Below the pieces are notes generated by a model. It had not been told where the DNA came from. It made no database searches and saw nothing but the letters and a program-made list of their open reading frames with translations. From Camelus ferus (taxonomy: Eukaryota): a DNA stretch of 64,000 bases. Shown piece by piece: positions 13,211 through 25,600 of the stretch. The DNA lies in the NCBI RefSeq assembly GCF_009834535.1, contig NC_045697.1, positions 39,558,001 through 39,622,000 on the forward strand, given 5' to 3'. Each line of letters starts with the position of its first letter. The first letter of the stretch is position 1. A program made the position numbers and the translations under genes.

Positions 13211-13694
13211 GAAATCTCTTCTTGTATATTTTAAGCATGCTGATGCTCCAAGCCTTACTGGAGATACATAACTATCTCTATGCATTTTCATTTGCTAACT
13301 GAGCTCACACCGTATTATATATCATAACAAAATTATTTCACAGTCTCATTAAAAACTTTGTAGATATTTTAATGGCTGAATAATCTTTCACTATCTAGAT
13401 GTAGCAATTATCTGTTATAGTAATTTGGTGATTTAGAATGGTTATATTTTGGCCTGTTAAAAATAAAAATCTAATGAACACATTTTCCACGTCATTTCTT
13501 CATATCTGATTATTCTTCCAAAGACTGTATTTCTAGAATGGTTCAGTGGGTTCCAGAGGGATAAACTTAAGGAAAGTTTTAACTACTAATGCCCCCTAAA
13601 AAAGAAGAAAATGGGTTGCATTATCGGATATAAAGTGGCTTTTATCCAAAAATGCCCTTTCTTCTTGCAGTTCTCGTGTTTAACATATGACTAC

Positions 13695-13935
13695 ATAAGA
13701 GAGTGGTGGTGAGCACAGTCCTGACACCCAGCTGTCTGGGTTGTAGCTGTGGCTTTGCCACTTCCTCCCTGGACAGGTAACTCCAACTGTGCCTCAGTTT
13801 CCCCAGCTGTGAAATGGTGGTAATAAAATCCCTTGCCTCTTTGGGTTGTTGTGAGAATTAAATGGGTTAATTTATGTAAATCTCTCGGCAGTGTGCCTAG
13901 CACAGAGTCATTGCTCACTTAGTGTTTGTTTATAC
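13695..13935 (+). mobile_element. MIR SINE (source of the 128-bp copy at 10445-10572)
   Basis: tgtgcctcagtttccccagctgtgaaatgg...gttgttgtgagaattaaatg...agtgtgcctagcacagag. Confidence 0.8.
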
Positions 13936-14689
13936 CAGTAACAGCCACGGCATCTAAGAGAATATATCTTAATTTTACATTTTCAGATTTTTCTTTTGTT
14001 TGTACTCCTCTGGCATCTTAAATACTAAGGCAGCTCACATTACTCCTTAAGACTATTTCATACCTGCAAATACATGCATGGAATGTGCTTTCTTTAAGAT
14101 TCCTAGAGTTGTTTGTATTTTAGTTGTACACATAAATCACACCGCATGTGCCTAGATCTTTATCTCAAACAGCCAATGGCAGAATTCTCAGCAAAATGTT
14201 TTTCGTAGATGATTTGAGGGCTTTCACAGTTTTCGCCTTCAAGTACAAAAGTTATCTCAAAGAAATCACTAAAATGAAGGAGCACAGTGTGGTGTGAGCT
14301 ACTGGATATCTCCAGTGGAAAGAGAGAGCTGTCCACGCCAGCCAGTGTCCCAAACCCTTGGCCAGTTCCCCACAGTAGCCACGCCGTGTGAGGAGGCGGC
14401 AGGTGGATCTCTGCAAGCACATTCACTCTGTTTGTCTCAATTAAGGCTTTTATCTTTATTTCTGTAAGTGCCTGCCCCACAGAGCTGGGCTGAACCTCAG
14501 AGTCACTAGCGCCCCTTGTGTAGACAAGGCAGGCCTGTGTGGCCTCCTTGACCCATCCCTGCTAAGCTCAGAGCTGATCTTGGCCCCTTCTGTCTTAACA
14601 AGCCAATGGCAGAAAGGGAAGATGGAGCCGGAAGAGAAGTGCATGGAGAGATGCACTGCCTGCATGGCGATTTCCTCTCCCCATTCCCT

Positions 14690-14866
14690 CTGCAGGACAC
14701 TTCGGACCAGGTAGCTTTTTGTCATGGCAGGCTGTCCAGCACATTGTAGAGTGTCTGTCAGCCATAGCTCTGGCCTCTACCCACTGGATTCCCTCACACT
14801 TACCTGGTCATGATAACCAACAGTGTCTCCGGACAAAATTGGCCCTGGGTGAGAACCGCTGCTCTA
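14690..14866 (+). mobile_element. MER20-like hAT-Charlie element
   Basis: ggctgtccagcacattgtag...ctggcctctacccactggat...gtctcc...ggtgagaaccgctgctcta. Confidence 0.65.
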
Positions 14867-16405
14867 AGGCCACACTGTAACAGCATGTCCCTTGTATCCT
14901 TGGCCTTGGCCAACTGGTGTCATACTTCTCAGGGAGTTCTGTGATGAAAGGGGCTTTGGGCTCCCTCTCAGAGTCCACCACTGAACTCCGTGCTGTCTGA
15001 AAGGACACCTAGAGGCATAAAAATGAAACGACTCCTCTACCAGCATTACAAGGCCAAGGCCCAAACCCTGGGTTCCTAAAAAGCTCAGTTCCAACTAAAG
15101 TAGAGAAAGTGATGCCTTCCTTTTTCTCAAAGTTAATACAGTAGTAGTAAAATGAATTATATCAGTAAAACAGCAGGTTTTAAAATCTTATCTCTGTATT
15201 CATTTTTCTTATAGTCATCATTTCTGTGTTGAAAATGAACGGTCTTCAAGGTACATCTTCAAGAAGATCATTAATCACCTTTAAAAATGTGCATTCCTTT
15301 TAAAATGTGTGTATGTATTCCGTAGTTCTAGTCATCTCAGAGTTACTAAGCTCCTTTTTGTAACAATTTTGTTCTCTCATAAACTTCACATAGTATTTTC
15401 ATGTTCTGTGCACAAGCTCAATTCTTTGTACTCCTTTGATATAAGTAATGAGTTGATATTTTAAAGTCTATGATTAATGACAATCTTATCTATGTTATTT
15501 CTATAGAAATTAAATCATCAGTAAAAACACTTTGATTCTAAGTGTAGCTGATGTGGTTGGCATCTGAAGTCTATTACGGCGTTATGCAATCTATCGTAAT
15601 GTAAACTGGCAAGATGGAATAAGCTGTGTATTACCTTTTTTTTACTTTGGAATATTTTTTACATAAATCGTTGAAACAAATTTAGAATCCAAAATTATCA
15701 CTAAACCTAAAATGTCATGTCCTTATCTTAACACCATGAAACATTGCCAAACAACTGCTCTTCTATTTAGTTTTAATATTGAGGGAAAATTAAGTCTAGA
15801 TGTTAGCTAAATAGTTGGAAATATTATTACTTTTTCAGTGTTTTTCTATTGATTTTTTATGTCTGTTCTTATGAAAGATCACATGCAAAAGGAGCCCCTT
15901 TATGAAATATATAAAATTATATATTTATACTTTTCATGGTCTCTTGCTGTTTATCTGAGTACTTCTTTTAGATGTATTCTTGGCAAGTATATCTATGAAC
16001 TATAGTTAGTTCATAATTCTTAAAAAATTTTCCCTTTGGTTTTCATGAGCTTATGAATGCTCTACAGAGAAATACAACTGAACAATTAATTGGTAATCAT
16101 CAGATTTGGTCAAATTGTGCGCAATATTAATAAAAGCTAGCTTTTATTTGGTTTTTATTTTGTGTTGAATGTAACTCTTTGCTACATTGTTTTTATGTAA
16201 TCCTCATAGTGGTATGAATTTATTAAGTATTTATGTTCATAATTGTCCCTGAATTACTTTTTTTAATTGTCCATTATCCTAGCCTCTTGGTTAGTCAGTA
16301 TCTTGGGAATATCTTAAAGTGTGTTGTCTGACATTATTTATTAGTGGGTTTAAAACTTTGCTAGACTTTTTGGTAAAAATGTTAAAAATAATAATAAAGA
16401 AAGAA

Positions 16406-16520
16406 GGGAGGGAAATAGCTCAGTGGCAGAGCACATACTTAGTGTGCACAAGGTCCTGGGTTCACTCCCCAATACCTCCATTAAAAAATAAATAAGTAAA
16501 AATAAACAAATGAAATAAAT
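16406..16520 (+). mobile_element. tRNA-derived SINE (Vic-1-like)
   Basis: gggagggaaatagctcagtggcagagcacatacttagtgtgcacaaggtcctgggttcactcccc followed by an (AAAT)n tail. Confidence 0.85.
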
Positions 16521-17598
16521 AAAATGTTTAAAAATGAAGAAGAGAGAGAGAAAGGGTAGAAGAGGAGATCTGGTTGAGGTTATATGACTTAGAAACTTGA
16601 GACAAGTTAGATTACGGTTTCAGATAAGGTAATCAAGTGTAGATTGTATGGTGGTAAGTTACAGGAACTCAGAGTTGAGAAAGGTTAGTGAGACCTGAGG
16701 GCAGTTAGTGAAGCTCTGTGGGCACCTCAGCCTCGAAGGAGGTTGGGATTTGGTTTGCGTGGTGATTGGCCAGTGATGAACAGATGGCATTCTTGGTGAA
16801 AGGACAAGCAGGAAGAAAGTCCTAGAGATGAGAGAAAGCTTCCCGTGTGACAGATACAGGTGACCCAAGGGTTCGAAATTTTCCTGCAATTCTGACATGT
16901 TTTTGCACATTTTTAGGAAAAGAATATTGGTTATATTCACATTCTTTCTGATCTAAAATAAGAGAGCATGAGGGTATTTCTGGGGTTGGAGGGACCTCAG
17001 ATATGAGAAGCCAACATACTCATTATTCATTTGGCACTTGTGTTGTCCGTGCTTCCAGAGATAGAAGTTAAAATGTTGTGTTTTTCCTATTTATTTCCCT
17101 AATTAAAAAAAATTTTAGACCATTCTTTGCCCTACAAAAGAGGATTGCAAAAGAAACTAACAAGCATATATTTTGCTTGTTGGTAGTAAACAACTTTCTG
17201 ACACTGGTGTTCTTAATTTCACTGGTTCTCCAACATTTTTTCTGCCTTTTTCTATTTCTTCTTTCCTTCACTCCAGGTTGCAGCCTGATAGACTGTCATA
17301 ATCTCTCATTACATAGAATAATTATCCTAAGGGTAGGCCTGCAAAAGATTTGTACAAGGACTCAGGAGAGGGGTGTAGGCTGTATATGGTTTGAAAGTTC
17401 CCCTTAGAAATACCGATATCTCCCCTTCACTATGCCCTTTGCTATATACGAATTTTTATATGCATTTTAAATTCCATGCTTAAGGTTGATATTTTCCTGC
17501 AGTGTGATTAATACATTAGAATATTAATAAAGTAGAAGAAATTATCTTCAGTAACGTAGTTGTAAAGGTTTTTAAAATTCTTCTCTTTCATTTTTTAG

Positions 17599-17762
17599 AT
17601 CCCCAAATCCAGGAGTGAGGGATCTATTCAGAACCGCAGGGTTCCCCAACCAGAGCTATCTGATGGCGTTCCTCAGGTCAGCCTGCGGATCAGTCGTAGA
17701 AAACCCTGCTGGGATGATACAAATTCAGCTGAGGATGCTACTGCTACCAAGTTACTCTCCAG
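17599..17762 (+). CDS. FAM13A: FAM13A internal coding exon of the long isoform (164 nt, phase 0 to phase 2)
   Basis: Polypyrimidine tract + AG (ttctctttcattttttag|ATC) and donor CAG|GTTGGC. Translates IPKSRSEGSIQNRRVPQPELSDGVPQVSLRISRRKPCWDDTNSAEDATATKLLS, matching recalled FAM13A (IPKSRSEGSIQ...PELSDG). Joins in frame to 56893. Confidence 0.93.
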
Positions 17763-18339
17763 GTTGGCATGTTTCTTTTGTTTACGCATTACGTATTGCA
17801 TGGTCTAGGCTGATGTGTAGGCTCGCTCGTGGAGGTGTGTCCACGTGTACCCACCACTGGGGTCAACAGGATGCAGATTGGGAAAACTATTTACAATTCA
17901 TTCTAAGTTTTGAAAATTTTCTGACTAATAGTTCTTTATCACAGAAGTGTTTCTGGTTTGTTATATTTTATTTTCTGGGTTAAAACAAATTATGTAATCA
18001 GCTGGACTGTGCTAGGGTCATAGTTAAAAGTTGGAAGAGTGTTTTTGGATGCCTTTTCATAGTATGTTCAGTGGCCAATATTATCTGCAATTAAAGAGGA
18101 CATCATAATTGTTACTAGAACCAACTCTAACAAAATTTGAATGTTGCCTTTTAACATTATGTGGTGCATTATACCTGAAACCAAACTTCTTTGGTGTACT
18201 TGGAGAAAAAGGCATACAATTTTCTTAAAATAGGGTCTGAGTCTTATTTATTCCTAGCATATGGAATTTTTCCTCTTGAAAATTTTTATCCTCTATTATA
18301 ACTTAAAACCTATTTCTAAATTAAAAAAAAAATACCATT

Positions 18340-20060
18340 GCAAATATAAGACAGAGAGCTCTAAAGAGTGGAAGGATTTTTAAGACGTTATATAAATAAT
18401 ACAGTTCAAGAGCTTACCACAATGGATTGCCTTATAGAAGAGATAGAGTTTGAGCTGGATTTTAAAAATGAAAATAATTTAAATAGGGAGAAAAAGAAGA
18501 CAAGGCTCTTGCAGATGGGTCCAGGTAGGAGGCAGAGTAGGTATTTGAGAAACAGCAAACAGGGGTCATGTGAGGAGGAACTGATGGAAGAAATGGCTGG
18601 GAAGGTGGAGGGGCCAAACCATCAGGGACCTTGAATGCCAGCCTGAAGTTGTGTTGCATTCAGTCTTGCCTCCATTGAACAGATGTTCAGCCCTTGAGCT
18701 GTGGTTCCAAACAGGAAATGCTTTAGGACAGAGGATGCAGCAGTGAACAAAGCCAACCAGGCCCTGATGTTTATGGACCTCATGGTCCAGTGAGGGAGGC
18801 AGTGGCAGGACACAAGGAAAAAAAAAAAAAAAAAAGCCTGTGAAGAAGATTATTTCAGCTGTAATAAATGAGGATATTGAGAAACAACAAGTTAACGTAA
18901 TAGACTGACTTAAAAGACCATTTTAGTTTGTGAAGGTACGGAAGCCTGAATTGAGACAAGAATGGGGGGGAGTCTGGAGAGAGCCTGTGAAGATCAAGGA
19001 AAGATCATTTCTGCATAGAAGAACTGAGGTAGGGAAGCTTGGCTTCCTCCCACATGTAAAGAACGGGAAGCCAGAGACAGTTCCAGCTGGGTAGCAGTAA
19101 GGGATGGGAACCATGTAATTCGGTACGTTAGGAAAAGTAATCTTCCATCAGCATGCAGGATTGATTAGAAGAGGAGAGCTTGGAGGCCAGTACAGTGGTG
19201 GTTCCTTCAGCAGTTACTTATCTTGACTGAGATCTAGTTATGTGACATTGACCCACTGGGTGCTGGGGATTCAGTGGATGAGAGACTTAAGTCCCACACT
19301 TGGGGAGAGACAGAGATTAAAGGAATAAAAATTCAAAAATTATCATTAAGTATACATATTACTAAGTGCCTGTTTTGTACCAGGCATGGTGAAATGAGCT
19401 GGTGATAAAATCATACATCAGATTCAAGTTCTCTTCTTAAGACACTTTAAAAACTGTCTGCCGGTTGCTGTGTCAGGACAGAGGAAGGTCACAGACCATG
19501 TGGGGAAATGAGAATCTGAGGTTTCAGGAAGAGGGTGACTTTTGAATTAAGGCTGGTAGGATATGTGGAAGTACAGGACAGGGAATTCAGATTAGGGTGC
19601 TCCTGGAAGGAAAAAAACCACACGTCCAAGGACGTGCAGGACAATGAGGACAACTTGGAGGAGAAGTGCAAGTGCAGCAGGGAGTCAGGACATCTGGAGC
19701 GGAGAAAAGGAGGAGAGGCTAACGGTGGAGGAAGAGACTAAGAGTAATAGGTCAGATGGTGAAAAACTCTGTGCCAGATTAAGGAGTTTGGCTTTTCTCT
19801 TGAAAATGGGGGAAAGTGATTACAGGAATATAAGCAGGAAAATGATATAAACCAACTTGCATTTTATAAGAGATCCTGCGGCAACTCTGCAGAAGGAAAG
19901 ATTAAAGGGAACAGTAAGAGGTGCTGGGAAACCAGCAAGGAGGCTGTACAGCTGATCCTGTGCAAACTGAGAGCCTCCAGTCACTGAGGACCAGGAGGTG
20001 CAGACAGGTCTCTGTGCCTCGAAGGAGAGCGAGAGAATAGGCTGTTGACTTGGTCCAGAA
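18340..20060 (+). mobile_element. Cluster of degraded L2 fragments
   Basis: Purine-rich L2-like motifs (gagtttgagctggattttaaaa; gaacaaagccaaccaggccctg; tgccagattaaggagtttggctttt). Confidence 0.55.
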
Positions 20061-21242
20061 AGGGTTAAGGTTTTTTTGGTTTTGGTTTGTGTGTTTTGCT
20101 TCATTGAGGACATTATAGTATTTTAATGTAGGCAGGTTTGTATGAGTGACGGATACAGTCCAGGGAGAGAAAGCAGCTGATGTTTCAAAACAGGAGATAA
20201 AAACAGGGACCTCTAGGAGGGAATCCAAATACTGGGTAGTGACGCCCTGACTAAAGCAGGCTAGGTACCACGTGCACCCATCACATTTGGGTTCATGCAA
20301 CTGCCCGACTCCCACATCCACAGTGCACAGTCTTCCCCACGGAGGGTCAGGGTGTGATGGTGGGGTGTGGGGGCCGCGAAACCAGCCTTCGTTCACAAGG
20401 AAGCATCCAGGAAAGAATAAGAGGCACAGATAAAAAAAACCCACATCTTTGAAAAATTTTCTTCTCTATTTTAAAAAGCAAGGTCCACATACCTGGGTGA
20501 CCCGTGGCAGGTGGCAAGAACTAGAGTACATGTTATCTTCCCAGATGACTGTGTGAAAAATTAGGCCTTAAGTGAAATGAAGAAGAGAAAATTCCAATGT
20601 TATTTATGTCATTATTGTTATTCATCCACTCAGAAAATAAAAGAAAATAAATGTTTCTTTCTTCTAAAGGCAAGGAGAAAAGAGCTTCCTGTTAGGAGAA
20701 TGAATTTGTGTTTCTGAGGTACAAATCAGGAAGTGAGAGAAGGCACAGCTAACATGGCTCTAGCCTCTGTTTGTTCTTCTGGTCAGCATACCTCCAGTTA
20801 AAACAAATGCATATTAGGATTTTAAAACTTCTTTTATACTTTCCAATTTTTTTTTTTACGTACAGCCTTAAAGAACTGACTCCTTCCCACTGTGCAAGCT
20901 TAAAAGTTTAGATAGGATACCATTGGTGTCAAGCCTTGCTACCCACCATTATGCAGAAACTCATTCAACATCTTGTCTCTGTCCATGAGTCTGTAGTGCC
21001 TGTGCAGATATTTTTCCTTTTTTTTATATACCTCAATAGATTGTGAAATAAATTGTCAAAAGACAGCTGGAAATAATCAAAATTAATTTAATTAAAAATA
21101 AATTTTAAATCCTTTCTATGTCTTTGAAGTAACAGAATAGGTATTATGCCAATTTTTATTTCAAAAATGAGCTTATGAAGCTGTTTCATTTGCAGTAAAT
21201 GTTGTTGATTAGTTCATAAATTTTAAATAGATTTAAAAAGTG

Positions 21243-21835
21243 TGACCAACAAGGGATTAATTTCCAAAATATACAAACAGATCATAAGTTCAATATCAAA
21301 AAAACAAACAACCCAATGAAAAAATTGGCAGAAGACCTAAATAGACATTTCTCCAAAGAAGACATACAGATGGCCAACAGGCACATGAAAAGATGCTGTA
21401 TATCAATAATTATTAGAGAAATGCAAATCAAAACTACAGTGAGGTATCACCACACACTCGTCAGACTGGCCATCTTCAAAAGTCCACAAATGATAAATTC
21501 TGGAGAGGGTGTGGAGAAAAGGGAAGTCTCTTGCACTGTTGATGGGAATGTAAGCTGTTGCAGCCACTATGGAGAATAGAGTGAAGATTCCTTAAAAAAC
21601 TGAAAATAGAGTTACCATATGATCCAGCAATCCCACTCCTGGGCATATATCTAGAGAAGACTCTAATTTGAAAAGATACATGCACCCCAGTGTTCATAGC
21701 AACACTATTTACAATAGCCAAGAGATGGAAGCAACCTAAATGTCCATTGACAGATTATTGGATGAAGAAGATGGAATATTATTCAGCCGTAAAAAGAATG
21801 AAATGATACCATTTGCATCAACATGGATGGACCTG
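21243..21835 (+). mobile_element. LINE-1 ORF2 C-terminal fragment
   Basis: ORF 21316-21579 ([22 protein letters not shown]...[10 protein letters not shown]) is the L1 ORF2 C-terminus. Confidence 0.92.
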
Positions 21836-22671
21836 AACTCAATTTGAAGTTTCTGACGCCTGCCAGCCATCTCCACTCCAGCCTTTACTATAAACTCACT
21901 CCACCCAAACAGAACTCATGTTCTCACTTTTCCTCTGAATTTTGCTATGTGTTGCAGTCTCTCAACCACTAGATTCAAACCTTTTATATAATTGGTCACC
22001 AAACCTTGTCAGTATTTCCTTTTCAGTTATCTTCAATGTCCCTTTCCCCATTTTCTCCCCCATGATCTCAACTAATTTAGGCTTACATCACCTTGTGGTT
22101 AGATAATTACTACATTTTCTGCAGCTCACTAACCTGCTGGATTCATTTTCTTCAAACAAGTTGGTCCTATGCCTCTGTTTTCAACTCCTAACTCTATACA
22201 ATGTCTTCTATATCTCCCAATACTCTGCTGTGTTGTATATCACTCTTACTAGCAGACATATCAACCTAATCCATCAGATACCACAACCCTTCCCTTGCCC
22301 CCTACCCCCATCATCCATCCATAGCCAGCCAATCCCAGAATGCTCTTCAGCAATCTCACTGTCTTTATTTTGCCTCATTACTACCCTCTCCATACCACCT
22401 CTGCAAACACAGATGTTTAAACAAATCATACTCCTGCTCAGAACTATTTAGTGGCTTCCATGTGCCCAATGTAGAAGATAATTCTTGCTCAGTCCTCTAC
22501 CAGTCTTTCCAGCCCTTTCTCCCTCCTCTATGGCTGCCTTTTTCTCATACCTACAGCAACCATATAACCCATACTTTCCATGACTATTTTGGCTTCAGAT
22601 ATAGTCTCTTCAAGATGAGATCTTGTGTCAGATTTTGTCTTGATATTTACTTTAAAAATTATAGAGCAAAA

Positions 22672-25600
22672 TGATAGAGGAGGTCCCTCACTCATATTCC
22701 CCCACAGCAGCAGTAACTTGGCAGCCATTTATACACAAAAGTGCCTAAAAAAGAACCAAACAGAAATCCCAGAGCTGAAAAATCCAGCAACGGAACTACA
22801 AGCTCTAGAGGGAGTTTCAACAGCAGGCTCAATTATGAAGAAGAAAGAATCAGCAAACTTGAATATTGGTAATTTAAAATTAGCTAGAGGAACAAAAAGA
22901 AAGAAGAATGAAAAGAGATGACAAAAGCATGCAGGACCTAGAGGACACCATTAAATGAATGAATGTACACAGCTTAAGAGTCCCCTCAGTAGACAAAAGA
23001 GACAAAGGAGGAGAAGGCATATTTAAATGAATAATGGCTGAAAACTTCCTGAATCTTAAAAGGGATATGGACATCCAGGAGCATGAAGCTCAAAGGACCC
23101 CAAACAAGATTACTCTGAGTCACATTATACAATTGTCAAAAGTCAAAGGCCAAAAGAGGCTTTTGAAAGCAGTAAGAGAAAAGCAACTCATCACATATAA
23201 GGCAACTGCCATAAGGCTATCAGTAGAGTTTTCATCAGCACCCTTGTAGGCCAGTAGCAGGTAGGATGATATATTCAAAGTGTGAAAGAAAAAAACTGCC
23301 AACCAAGAATACTATATCTAGCAAAACTGTCCTTCAGAAATGAGGGGAAGATGAAGACATTTCCAGACAAACAGAACCTCAGGAAATACATCACCACTAG
23401 ACCTGCCTTACAAGAAAGGTTTAAGGTGTTACTCAAGTTGAAACAAAAGGAAGCTAATTAGCCACATGAAAACATATGAAGTATAAAACTCACTAGTAGA
23501 GGTAAATATATAGCCAAATTTAGAATACTCTAATACTGTAATAGTGGTGTGTAAATCACTTTTAATTCTTATATAAAAGTTAAAAGGCAAAAATATTAAA
23601 AAAAAACTGTAGCTACAAAAATTTTTTAATGGATATACAATATAAAAATAATATAAAAATGTAAAATGTGATATTAATAGCAGAAAGTGTTGAGAGGGAG
23701 AAGTAAAATTGTAAAAATTTTGTATGCAATTAAAATTAAGTCATTATTAGATTAAAATAGACTGGTATAATTATAAGATGTTTTATGTAGACTGCATGGT
23801 AACCACAGAAACCTCTAGTAGATACACAAAAGATAAAGAGACAGGGATCAATGTATACTACTACAAGAAAATACCAAAAAATTGTAAAGAGAGATAGGAA
23901 GGGAAGAACAAAACTACTGCAAAACATGAAACAGTTAACAAAATGGCAATCACAAGTTATTACCTACCAATAATTACTTTAAATGCAAATTGATTAAATT
24001 CTCCAGTCAACAGACACAGTATCCGAATAGATTTTTTTAAAAAACAAGTTTATAACCATATGCTGCTTATAAGAGACTCATTTTAACTAAGAACACATAG
24101 GCTTAAAGAGAAGAAATGGAAAAAATATTTTATGCAAATGTAAACAAAAGAGCAGGAATGGCGCTCTTACATCAGACAAAATAGACTTTCAGTCAAAATC
24201 TGTCACAAAACAAAAAGAAGGTCATTATATAATGACAAAGAGGTCAGTTGATCAAGATGATAGACCAGTTATAAATATATGTGTACCTAACATCAAAGCA
24301 CCTAAATATTAAGCCAGATATTTACAGAACTAAAGGGAGAAACAGACAGCAGTACAACAATTTCAACAATGAATCAATCATCCAGACAGAGAATCAACAA
24401 AGGAAGAGCAGACATGTATAACACTATAGACCTAATGGACATAATAGACATATCCAGAACATTTTATCCAACAGCAACAGAAAATACTTTCTTCTCAAAT
24501 GCACACTGAGCATTCTCCAGGATAGATCACATGTTAAGCCACAAAGCAAATCTTACCAAATTTAAGAATATTGAAATTATATTATGTATCTTTTCTGACC
24601 ACAGTGGTATGAAGTTATGAATCAGTAACAGAAGGAAATCTAGAAAATTCATAAATACATGGAAATTAACATACTCTTGAAAACCAGTAAGTCAAAGAAA
24701 TCAAGGCATATCAAAGTACCTTGAGACAAATGAAAGTGGAAACACAACATACCAAAACACATGGGAAATGACAAAAGCAGTTCTTAAGGGGAAGTTTATA
24801 GTGGTAAATGCCTAAATTAAGAAAACAGAAAGGTATCAGTCTAACTTTCCATCCTTGAGGGACTAGAAAAAACGAAGCTCCAAATTAGCAGAAAGAGGGA
24901 AATAATGAGTAGAGCAGAAATAGATGGGGAAAAAAAAACAAACTAGAAAGACAAATATCAAAGATCAATAAAACTGAGTTGTTTTTTTTTTTTGAAAAGG
25001 CAAAAATGACAAGCCTTTTTGTTAACTGAGGAAAAGAAAGATAGGACTCAAAATTATGAAGGAAAGAGGAGAGAATACCTGACACACAGATACACAAAGG
25101 CTTTCAAGAGACTAATATAAATATTTTACCAACGCATTGGATGACTAGAAAAGCTGTATAAATTCCTAGAAACATACACTCTACCATGACTGAATCATGA
25201 AGAAACTGAATATCTGAACAGACCAATAACAGGTAAGGAGATTGAAGCAGTAATCAGAAACTTTTCAATGAAGAAAAGGCAAGGACCAGATGATATCTTG
25301 GGTGAATTCTGTCAGACATTTAGAAGAATTAATGCCAGTCCTTCGCAAACTCTTCCAAAAACTTAAAGACGAGGGAAGAGTTCCATACTCATTGTATGAG
25401 GCCAGTATTACCTTGATACCAAAGCCAGAAAAGGACTTTATAGGCCCATGTCCCTAATAAACATAGATGCAAAAATTTTCAACAGATGTCTAGCAAACCA
25501 AATTCAACAGGATATTAAGAAGACCATATACCGTGACCAAGTGGGATTTACCCTAAGATGCAAGGATGGTTCAACATAATCAAATCAATCAATATGATGT

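Noticed and set aside
17615..17983. 122-aa ORF overlapping the FAM13A exon
   Set aside because: Different frame from the FAM13A peptide, GTG start, and reads into the intron.
19902..20444. 180-aa minus-strand ORF
   Set aside because: No recognisable domain, overlaps L2 remnants, intronic and antisense; consistent with chance.
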